From the NCBI GenBank assembly GCA_963718585.1, contig OY970357.1:840001-872000 (forward strand): DNA of 32,000 nucleotides, read 5' to 3'. Below, piece after piece: positions 9,188-15,838 of this stretch. How positions within the stretch are numbered: the first letter of the stretch is position 1; each line of letters begins with the position of its first letter. The notes under the pieces were generated by a model that saw nothing but the letters and a program-made list of their open reading frames with translations, was not told the origin of the DNA and made no database searches. The stretch comes from Candidatus Saccharimonadota bacterium. Its GTDB lineage: Bacteria; Patescibacteriota; Patescibacteriia; 2-12-FULL-60-25. Both the position numbers and the translations under genes were made by a program.

Positions 9188-9229
9188 ATTTCGCGGTCAT
9201 CGTAGCGAAAACGGGGCTTTTCTGCAATG

Positions 9230-9255
9230 AAAAAAGCCCCGGGAGGATCCGGGGC
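9230..9255 (-). terminator. Rho-independent terminator after valS
   Basis: Minus strand: GCCCCGG-atcctc-CCGGGGC followed by U6. Confidence 0.7.
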
Positions 9256-9259
9256 TCTA

Positions 9260-12200
9260 TCACTTCAATCTTCCGACCCGCTCCTTCAACGCCGCGAGCT
9301 TGGCCTCGGCCTCGCCGTACTTCGCCTCCATGTCCTCGCGGACCTGACGCGGGGCCTTGGCGAGAAAATCGGGGTTCTTCAATTTGGCCGTGAGCGACGC
9401 GATATATGATTCCGTCGCATTCACCTCTTTTTCCAGTTTTGCCTTCTCCTTTTCAACGTCGATGGCTCCGACGAGGTTCAAGGCGACCATGCCACGCGAG
9501 GCCGGCAACGAGACCCAATCCGCCGGAACGGCGTCGACGAACTGCAGCGATGACGCGCGTATCAGTGCCGCCACGATATCAGCCTGATCCTTCAGGTCAT
9601 CCGCACCGGTCACGACCGCGTCGATCTCAACGGATGGTTCGATCCCGTTCTCCGCACGGAGGCGGCGCAACACGGTCACGACCTCACGAAGCGCTTCGAA
9701 CGTTCCATAGGCGTTCAATGCATCCGGGTCAGTAGAAATCTCAGACTGTGGCCACTTCGCGGTGATGAGCACTCCCTCAAACCCGGCCGTCTTCCAGATA
9801 TGTTCGGTCACGAACGGCATGAACGGATGCCACAACGCCAAGATCGTCTGCAAGATGTGACGAAGGATCGCCTCTTTCCCCTTTTCGATCTTCGCGATCT
9901 CCAGATACCAGTCCGCAAGATCACCCCAGGTGAAATCACGCAGCTCTTCCCCGGCCTGCGAGAATTCGTATCCTTCGAGCTTCTTGGTGACGGATCGGAC
10001 GACATCATTTAACCGCGTCAAGATCCACCGATCCGCCAGCGTCTTCGGTGTTGCGTCCGTCTCCGTCGCATCCCCGATCGTCATGAGGATGAACCGCGAG
10101 ATATTCCAGAGCTTGTTCACGAAGTTCCGTCCGCTCTCGATCTTCTCCGTGTAGTACTTCGAATCATTCCCTGGCGATACGCCGAGGATGAGACTCACGC
10201 GCAATGCATCGCAGCCGTACTCGTCAATGACCTCGATCGGATCGATCCCATTCCCCGATGACTTGGAGAATTTCTTTCCGTCTTTGTCACGCAGGATCCC
10301 GTGGATATACGCATCTTTGAATGGGATCTCGCCCAACGCATACGTCCCCATGAGGATCATACGCATGAGCCAGAGATACAGGATCTCATACCCCATCTGC
10401 ATCCAGCTTGTGGGATAGAAGGTCTCGAGATCCGTGTTCACGCGACCGTCATTGCCATACGCGCGCAACAGATAGCCGCCGTTCTTCGGATACGACTCGA
10501 GCCACTTCGCATCCGTGCCGTACGCGCCCATCGTACTGATGACATCGCCATGCGAAACGACGATCACCGTCTTGCCCATATGCGACTTCAGCAGATCATC
10601 CATGAACGCATCCGCTCGCGACTTCAACCCCGCATAGGACTCGACGGTGTCCATGGTCTTTCCCTCGATCCATTGCGCATACGGTCCGCGCGCGGCATTG
10701 AATTCCGCTTCGCTTCCGCCGCTGTATTTCCCAAGTCCGATCTCGTGCAACCTATCGTCAAACGAAAGTGGGAGTCCCAATTTCTCCGAAAGGATCTTCG
10801 CCGTTTCCTTTGCGCGTCGCACCGGCGACGAGATGATCTCGACCGGTCCCTCCTTTTTCAGATGCTCCGCAACCTCGGCGACCTGCTGGATCCCCACCTC
10901 GGTCAGTCCATTCTTCGGATTGTCGATCGCATCATCGATGAACCCCTCGGCGTTGGAATGCGCCTGCCCATGCCGCACGAAGAGCACGCGCGTAAGTGGC
11001 CAACCGAGCGTGGAGAATGGCCATGACCCGGAACTGAACCAGGTATCGAGCGTATCCGGGTCCTGTTCCCATCCTTCGCCCGGTGAGGTCTCCTGTACCC
11101 GGATGTCATCGCCCTTGTACCAGGCCGGGATCCGATGCCCCCACCACAGCTGACGCGACAGACACCAATCGCGGAGATTCTCCACGCGGTCGAGATAGAG
11201 TTTCGTGAACCGGTCCGGCGTGATCATGACCTTTTGTGGCGGATCGCCGCCGAGTCCCGTGGTCACAGCCTCGCGCATGAGGTCGCGCAGGCTCTTCCCG
11301 CGGTTCGGGATCATCTTCTTCATGTCGAGCCACCACTGCGTGAGCGGGATCGCTTCGATGATGTCGCCATACCGATCTGATGTCCCGACGTTCTGCGAGA
11401 TCTCCTCTTCTTTCTCCAACAAACCCTGATCGCGCAGCCACTTCACGAATTTCTCGCGTGCTTCCTCGACAGACCGTCCCGCGTATTCCGTACCGGCCTC
11501 TGTCGTCATCTTTCCATCTGTACCGATGACCGGGATGATACCTATCGGATCACCGGCCGCCTTCTGCTTTTCATACATCGCGAAATCCACGGCGCTGTGT
11601 GCCGGTGTCACGCCGAGCGCACCCGTACCGAAGGTCGGATCGACCTCTTCGTCCGCGATGACCTTGATCTCAAGCGGCTTTGCCGCACCGACATCGACCG
11701 TAAAGGTCTTACCGATGTAGTCCTTATATCGCGCATCTTTCGGATGCACGGCCACAGCCGTATCCCCAAGCTTGGTCTCAGGCCGCGTCGTTGCGATCGT
11801 GATGGGAAAATCTTTGGAGTATTTGAACGTATAGAGCTTGGACGGACGCTCCATATATACGATCTCATCGTCGGAGCAGGTAGACTGCCCTTTCACCGAC
11901 CAATTCACGACGCGGTATCCGCGATAGATGAGACCGTCCTCGTACATGCGTGTGAAGAGCGTGTTCACGGTCCGGCTCCGCGGCTCATCAAAGGTGTATG
12001 CCAACCGCGTCCAATCACAACTCGTCCCCACCTTGCGGATCTGCGAGAGGATCGTCGCCTTGCTCTGTTCCGCGAACGCGCGGATCTCTTCCAAGAGCTT
12101 TTCGCGACCGAGTTCCTGTCGGGGATTGGTCATTCCCTTTGCCATCAATAGTTTCTCGACCTTGGCCTGCGTCGCGATCGCCGCGTGATCCGTCCCCGGC

Positions 12201-12439
12201 ACGAGCAGCGTTTTGCGTCCACGCAACCGCTGGAACCGGACCATCGTATCCATGATCGCGTTTTCGAACGCGTGTCCCAAATGCAGGACACCGGTCACGT
12301 TCGGTGGCGGCATCATGACGCAGAACGGCTCCCCCTCTTCCGAAGGCTGGAAAGCGCCGGAGGCTTCCCATGCGCGATAGATATCATCTTCTACAGAGGA
12401 AGCGTCGTACGCTTTTGGCAGGTCATCAAAACGGGGCAT
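9260..12439 (-). CDS. valS: valine--tRNA ligase with an embedded histidine-phosphatase domain
   Basis: PPPNVTGVLHLGH (HIGH), CP1 editing motif TTRPETKLGDTAVAVHP, WFSSGSWPFSTLGWP, FYPTS, KFSKSSGN (KMSKS), C-terminal coiled coil. Start placed at MPRFDDLPKAYD (ATG 12437-12439). The ORF-track start at 12466 lies inside the predicted promoter spacer. Confidence 0.93.
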   Translation of the reverse strand: MPRFDDLPKAYDASSVEDDIYRAWEASGAFQPSEEGEPFCVMMPPPNVTGVLHLGHAFENAIMDTMVRFQRLRGRKTLLVPGTDHAAIATQAKVEKLLMAKGMTNPRQELGREKLLEEIRAFAEQSKATILSQIRKVGTSCDWTRLAYTFDEPRSRTVNTLFTRMYEDGLIYRGYRVVNWSVKGQSTCSDDEIVYMERPSKLYTFKYSKDFPITIATTRPETKLGDTAVAVHPKDARYKDYIGKTFTVDVGAAKPLEIKVIADEEVDPTFGTGALGVTPAHSAVDFAMYEKQKAAGDPIGIIPVIGTDGKMTTEAGTEYAGRSVEEAREKFVKWLRDQGLLEKEEEISQNVGTSDRYGDIIEAIPLTQWWLDMKKMIPNRGKSLRDLMREAVTTGLGGDPPQKVMITPDRFTKLYLDRVENLRDWCLSRQLWWGHRIPAWYKGDDIRVQETSPGEGWEQDPDTLDTWFSSGSWPFSTLGWPLTRVLFVRHGQAHSNAEGFIDDAIDNPKNGLTEVGIQQVAEVAEHLKKEGPVEIISSPVRRAKETAKILSEKLGLPLSFDDRLHEIGLGKYSGGSEAEFNAARGPYAQWIEGKTMDTVESYAGLKSRADAFMDDLLKSHMGKTVIVVSHGDVISTMGAYGTDAKWLESYPKNGGYLLRAYGNDGRVNTDLETFYPTSWMQMGYEILYLWLMRMILMGTYALGEIPFKDAYIHGILRDKDGKKFSKSSGNGIDPIEVIDEYGCDALRVSLILGVSPGNDSKYYTEKIESGRNFVNKLWNISRFILMTIGDATETDATPKTLADRWILTRLNDVVRSVTKKLEGYEFSQAGEELRDFTWGDLADWYLEIAKIEKGKEAILRHILQTILALWHPFMPFVTEHIWKTAGFEGVLITAKWPQSEISTDPDALNAYGTFEALREVVTVLRRLRAENGIEPSVEIDAVVTGADDLKDQADIVAALIRASSLQFVDAVPADWVSLPASRGMVALNLVGAIDVEKEKAKLEKEVNATESYIASLTAKLKNPDFLAKAPRQVREDMEAKYGEAEAKLAALKERVGRLK
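10427..10996 (-). other. in-frame histidine phosphatase (phosphoglycerate-mutase-like, His_Phos_1-type) domain inserted in the ValRS catalytic core
   Basis: ORF residues ~491-680: LTRVLFVRHGQAHSNAEG...SSPVRRAKETA...LHEIGLGKYSG...TVIVVSHGDVISTM. Carries the RHGxxxxN and SHG signature motifs. Lies between GWP and VNTDLETFYPTS, which are only ~8-10 residues apart in E. coli ValRS. Confidence 0.8.
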
Positions 12440-12450
12440 AAAGTACGTTG

Positions 12451-12479
12451 ATAGTACGTTGCGCATAGAATTGAGGCAA
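12451..12479 (-). promoter_or_regulatory. valS promoter candidate (TTGCCT-17-TACTAT), very short leader
   Basis: Minus strand: TTGCCT (12474-12479), 17-nt spacer, TACTAT (12451-12456), then 11 nt to the ATG at 12439. No SD. Confidence 0.35.
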
Positions 12480-12559
12480 CTGTCGGGATATCGGACGTTT
12501 TCGCGTGTTTTTGTAAATAAAAAACTTTACATCTCTTCGCTCTATAAAGCCAAAAACCC

Positions 12560-12588
12560 TTGACCTGTCGGGCATTCAAGGCTAAGCT
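12560..12588 (+). promoter_or_regulatory. promoter candidate (TTGACC-17-TAAGCT)
   Basis: TTGACC 12560-12565, 17-nt spacer, TAAGCT 12583-12588. 28 nt upstream of the ATG at 12617. Confidence 0.4.
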
Positions 12589-12616
12589 CACACATCCGAT
12601 TTTTGATGTCGGGACC

Positions 12617-13765
12617 ATGGCACTTACCGTCGAACAACAGACGACCGAGCTCATCACCCGCGCGAAGCGGATCCTCGTCGCCACGAAAGAACATGCCTCC
12701 GTCGACGCCCTTGCGGCCGTCGTCGCGCTTTTGACGTATCTCCGAAAACTCGACAAACAGGCAGACGGCGTGGTTCCGGGCTTCACTCCTGACCAGCTCC
12801 CAAAGTTTCTCGGAACAGCGGACGGCATCCGACCGCTCGCAGGTGCCATGCGTGCGTTCGAGCTCGCCCTCGATGTGACCAAGACCCCGATGGAAGAGAT
12901 CACGTATGATGTCCGCAATGGAAAACTCCTCGTCCATATCGTTCCGGAGACCGGCGAGTGGACGCCCGCAGACGTGAGCTTCCGCCATGGCGAAGATCGA
13001 TATGACCTCGTCATCGCCCTCGACTGCCCGGACCGCATCTCGCTCGGTCCCCTCTTTCGTGATCACGCGGATTTCCTATACCGCACACCCGTGATCAACA
13101 TCGACCGCGACCCGGGCAACGAACATTGGGGTCAGGTGAACCTTGTGGACCTCACGGCCGTGTCGACGAGCGAGATCTTGTACGGACTTTTCCAGCGATG
13201 GGATAAACATCAGATCGACGAATCGATCGCGACAGCGCTCCTCGCAGGTATGATCGCGAAGACCCAGTCGTTCCGGACGCAAAGCGTGACGCCGAAGACG
13301 CTTCAACATGCATCGGCACTCGTCGCCATGGGTGCCAAGCGCGAAGAGATCGTCCACGGACTCTGGCGCACGCGCTCGGTCGCCACGCTCCGACTCTGGG
13401 GGAAGGCGCTTTCGCGTCTTGAACAAGACCGTGAGCTCGGGATCGTTTGGGCCACGCTTTCCCGTCAGGATTTTGTGGACACGGGCGCGCACGAGAATGC
13501 GCTTGAAGGCGTCGTGGACGAACTCCTTTCCTACGCACCGGAAGCGAAGGTCGTGGTCTTGGTGCATGAGCAGGAAGGCAACGGTGGCGCATGCGTCACG
13601 ATCCACGCGGCCTCCTCACGAAATGCACAGGAGCTCGGGCGACCGTTCGGCGCCACGGGTTCACGTGAACGCGTGGACTTCTGTCTCACGCCCGGCCAAC
13701 CGCTCATCGAGGGCACGCAGATGGTCATCGACCGCCTCCGCCAGACCATCCAGGCGACGAAATAA
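12617..13765 (+). CDS. DHH/DHHA1 family phosphoesterase-like protein (NrnA-like) with degenerate catalytic motifs
   Basis: NrnA-like length and layout. The DHH motif position reads INIDRDPGNEHWG (DRD, not DHH). N-terminal DxD and C-terminal GGGH motifs are not evident. Start trimmed to MALTVEQQ. Confidence 0.7.
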   Translation: MALTVEQQTTELITRAKRILVATKEHASVDALAAVVALLTYLRKLDKQADGVVPGFTPDQLPKFLGTADGIRPLAGAMRAFELALDVTKTPMEEITYDVRNGKLLVHIVPETGEWTPADVSFRHGEDRYDLVIALDCPDRISLGPLFRDHADFLYRTPVINIDRDPGNEHWGQVNLVDLTAVSTSEILYGLFQRWDKHQIDESIATALLAGMIAKTQSFRTQSVTPKTLQHASALVAMGAKREEIVHGLWRTRSVATLRLWGKALSRLEQDRELGIVWATLSRQDFVDTGAHENALEGVVDELLSYAPEAKVVVLVHEQEGNGGACVTIHAASSRNAQELGRPFGATGSRERVDFCLTPGQPLIEGTQMVIDRLRQTIQATK

Positions 13766-13776
13766 TAAAAAATGTC

Positions 13777-13799
13777 ATCCCCCGGCTCGACCGGGGGAT
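13777..13799 (+). terminator. GC-rich hairpin after the DHH gene (weak U-tract)
   Basis: ATCCCCCGG-ctcga-CCGGGGGAT 9-bp stem, preceded by TGTC. Only a pyrimidine-rich tail follows. Confidence 0.45.
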
Positions 13800-13877
13800 C
13801 TTCCTATTGGGGTTAGATACGACCATTTCAAGCAGAAGATGTCTCGACCGTGCTCGACATGACATTCCTTATATTTT

Positions 13878-14388
13878 TTATAACCGCTGCCGCAACGCCT
13901 CTTCCAGGATCACCGCCGTCGCGACGGAGACGTTGAGACTCTGCACCATTCCGCGCATCGGGATCGTGATCATGCCATCCGCGAGACGGAGAAGGTCTTC
14001 CGACGCTCCCGCATGTTCGTTCCCGACCGCGATCGCGACCTTGCCTTTCAGATTCCACTCCCATTGCGGTTTCCCCTGTTCCGATAACGTCGCGACCAGG
14101 ACTTTGAACTTCCGACGATGTAGCGATCCGATGGTCTTGTAGACCGAATGCGACTCGTTTGATCGTCAGCCACTTCGCGGCAGATGCCGCGGCATTGGTC
14201 CGGAGCTCGCGCATCCGCGGCGCCTTGGTCGGATAGACAAGATGTACCTCACCGACGCCGACCGCATCGCAGGTCCGCAGGATCGCTCCGAGGTTATGCG
14301 GATCATCCACGGATTCAATGATCACAGCCAGCGATGCGAATCGCCGTCGCTTCAGATCCGAGATCCTCTTGGTCCGCTCCGGGGTCAT
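13878..14388 (-). pseudogene. trmH: SpoU/TrmH-family tRNA/rRNA 2'-O-methyltransferase interrupted by a +1 frame break near 14158-14160
   Basis: Frame A (part of ORF 13828..14616): MTPERTKRISDLKRRRFASLAVIIESVDDPHNLGAILRTCDAVGVGEVHLV...AAKWLTIK. Frame A+1 (my translation): YKTIGSLHRRKFKVLVATLSEQGKPQWEWNLKGKVAIAVGNEHAGASEDLLRLADGMITIPMRGMVQSLNVSVATAVILEEALRQRL*, stop at 13878-13880. Both halves align to TrmH. The junction is at ATCAAACGAG. Confidence 0.8.
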
Positions 14389-14447
14389 GGCCGCATGATA
14401 CCAAACGGGAGCCATTTGGCTCCCGTTATGATCTTTTCCAAGAAATC

Positions 14448-14738
14448 TTACTGCGTCGATGATGGCGCTTCTCCCTGCATGGCGTGATCTGGCGCCGGCT
14501 GCATCATATGTTCCGTTCCGGCGGATGACGGCTGCTTCAGTGCATCGGCACACTCTGTCTTGAGGCAGGTCGCGATGGTGTCCGCGTCCGACTTCTCTGC
14601 ACACGCATTCACACACGCCGCGCGAGGAGCCATGAGCGTCGACGGCGTGCTCGAAGTCATCGCTCCATTCGTCTGCCCTGCTGCGAGCTTATCCAACTGT
14701 GGCAACATGTGATCCAAACGCATCTCGATCCGCTTCAA
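14448..14738 (-). CDS. Cys-containing hypothetical ORF; possibly the displaced C-terminal half of the upstream membrane protein
   Basis: ORF-track ORF with a TTG start (first ATG at 14723). No signal peptide. CVNAC...CLKTEC cysteine pairs. Overlaps the upstream ORF by 50 nt in the +1 frame. Confidence 0.4.
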   Translation of the reverse strand: MKRIEMRLDHMLPQLDKLAAGQTNGAMTSSTPSTLMAPRAACVNACAEKSDADTIATCLKTECADALKQPSSAGTEHMMQPAPDHAMQGEAPSSTQ

Positions 14739-15051
14739 GCGCCAACAAGGTCAACAGCGTCGGATCGTTGGTCTGCTCCTGTGCATTCACCGCCGTGAAG
14801 GCGATGGCTGCCGTCAGCACCACAGCGAGTCCGGAAACGATGGCTGCCGTCCACACATGTGCCACGCCACGTGCGGCATGGACGATGTAATGGTTGTGCA
14901 TCGGCGAGGTCGGTCCGCAATACCGGACACGGCAGGTCGCCTTGCACCCGGAGTGCCCACAGGTGGAACCTCCGGTCGGCCCGGCGGGGATCGGCGAAGA
15001 GCCAGCCTTTTTGCGACGGACGGGTCGCTTCTTCGGAGTCGTTGTTGCCAT
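14689..15051 (-). CDS. membrane-anchored protein with N-terminal Cys4 cluster (zinc-ribbon-like)
   Basis: Trimmed to MATTTPKKRPVRRKK (ATG 15049-15051). Cys cluster CGHSGCKATCRVRYC, then TM helix VWTAAIVSGLAVVLTAAIAFTAV. Confidence 0.5.
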   Translation of the reverse strand: MATTTPKKRPVRRKKAGSSPIPAGPTGGSTCGHSGCKATCRVRYCGPTSPMHNHYIVHAARGVAHVWTAAIVSGLAVVLTAAIAFTAVNAQEQTNDPTLLTLLALEADRDAFGSHVATVG

Positions 15052-15095
15052 ACGGAAAAGAGGTGCAGTTAGGTATTGATTATGACGTTGACGAC

Positions 15096-15104
15096 AGTAT
15101 ACCA
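15096..15104 (-). promoter_or_regulatory. extended -10 promoter candidate (TGgTATACT)
   Basis: Minus strand: TGGTATACT, about 45 nt upstream of the ATG at 15051. TTGACA lies upstream, but with a 13-nt spacer. Confidence 0.35.
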
Positions 15105-15132
15105 CATCTTTTTCTGTCAAACACTCATCCGG

Positions 15133-15192
15133 CGCGATCGCAAAACATCCCGTGTGTGCGGGATGTTTTGAATGGTGGGCGCGAGAGGAGTC
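15133..15192. repeat. 60-bp perfect direct repeat, copy 1 (terminator hairpin plus orphan tRNA-Val 3' fragment)
   Basis: cgcgatcgcaaaacatcccgtgtgtgcgggatgttttgaatggtgggcgcgagaggagtc is identical to 15311-15370. Contains the last 20 nt of the tRNA (through CCA) but no 5' part. Confidence 0.9.
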
Positions 15193-15310
15193 TCACTGCT
15201 CGACCTCGCATTGCTCGGTCTGCGCTCGCGGGAACCTTCGGGTTCCCGCGGACCCTCCTCAACGTTCGGGAAACTCCCGTTTCCCGCCCCCTTCCCATTC
15301 GACTCCTCTT

Positions 15311-15370
15311 CGCGATCGCAAAACATCCCGTGTGTGCGGGATGTTTTGAATGGTGGGCGCGAGAGGAGTC
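15311..15370. repeat. 60-bp perfect direct repeat, copy 2 (overlaps the 3' end of the intact tRNA-Val-GAC and its terminator)
   Basis: Identical to 15133-15192; the copies start 178 bp apart. Confidence 0.9.
15320..15347 (-). terminator. terminator hairpin after tRNA-Val(GAC)
   Basis: AAAACATCCCG-tgtgtg-CGGGATGTTTT 11-bp stem with an A/U-rich base. A duplicate lies at 15142-15169. Confidence 0.6.
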
Positions 15371-15427
15371 GAACCTCTGACCTCCACAATGTCAATGTGG
15401 CGCTCTAACCAACTGAGCTACGCGCCC
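15351..15427 (-). tRNA. tRNA-Val (anticodon GAC), CCA encoded
   Basis: Manual cloverleaf: GGGCGCG-TA-GCTC..GAGC-G-CCACA-TTGACAT-TGTGG-AGGTC-AGAGG-TTCGACT-CCTCT-CGCGCCC-ACCA. Confidence 0.88.
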
Positions 15428-15447
15428 GAAGAAAAATGCGTGCGGGG

Positions 15448-15476
15448 AATGTACAAGATGACCGCGCAGATGTCAA
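15448..15476 (-). promoter_or_regulatory. tRNA-Val promoter candidate (TTGACA-17-TACATT)
   Basis: Minus strand: TTGACA (15471-15476), 17-nt spacer, TACATT (15448-15453). 20 nt upstream of the tRNA 5' end. Confidence 0.5.
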
Positions 15477-15490
15477 AGGTCCGTTCAAAG

Positions 15491-15517
15491 AAAAAACGCC
15501 CTCATGAGAGGGCGTTT
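15491..15517 (-). terminator. Rho-independent terminator after the 91-aa ORF
   Basis: Minus strand: CGCCCTC-tcat-GAGGGCG followed by U6 (A-run 15491-15496 on +). Confidence 0.7.
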
Positions 15518-15542
15518 GAGAGGACCGAGAACTTGTCCCGTT

Positions 15543-15818
15543 TCAGATAAAGAGCTTCTCGAGAACGTGATCCACTTCGTTCACGCCCTTCGGGATCTCC
15601 TGAACGGATGCATCGCGCTCGAAAAGCGGACGGACCACGTCGATCCACTGTGACGCTTCAAGATCAGAGCTAAAGGTCCGCACGGTCGGATAATGACCTG
15701 CGCGGATGCCGGCGAGGTCGCCACCGTACGTGCGCACGATCGCGTGTGCAGGCGTGAACAACACCTGTCCCGGAGCAAGTCCCTTGATCACCCGTTCCAT
15801 CGTCACGATCACCTCCAT
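15543..15818 (-). CDS. hypothetical protein (about 87-91 aa) between the 16S unit and tRNA-Val
   Basis: ORF-track ORF with GC3-rich coding-like codons. GGAGGTGA SD overlaps the first codons, so the GTG at 15806 or ATG at 15800 may be the true start. Has its own promoter and terminator. No family recognised. Confidence 0.55.
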   Translation of the reverse strand: MEVIVTMERVIKGLAPGQVLFTPAHAIVRTYGGDLAGIRAGHYPTVRTFSSDLEASQWIDVVRPLFERDASVQEIPKGVNEVDHVLEKLFI

Positions 15819-15838
15819 GGAAAGTCCGAACGGCCCCG

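Noticed and set aside
10427-10996. Intein or mobile insertion as the explanation for the ValRS insert
   Set aside because: There are no intein splice-junction residues (the N-junction is Leu-Thr-Arg; there is no His-Asn plus Cys/Ser/Thr at the C-junction) and no endonuclease motifs. The insert has histidine-phosphatase signatures and is in frame on both sides.
12440-12466. ORF-track start of valS at 12466 (MRNVLSTYF...)
   Set aside because: This ATG lies inside the spacer of the predicted TTGCCT-17-TACTAT promoter. The conserved ValRS N-terminus begins at MPRFDDLPKAYD (12439).
15173-15192. A second tRNA gene at the orphan TGGTGGGCGCGAGAGGAGTC copy
   Set aside because: Only the 3' 20 nt are present. 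I could not fold the upstream sequence into acceptor, D and anticodon arms, and no GGGCGCG 5' acceptor strand exists. It is treated as a tRNA fragment within the direct repeat.
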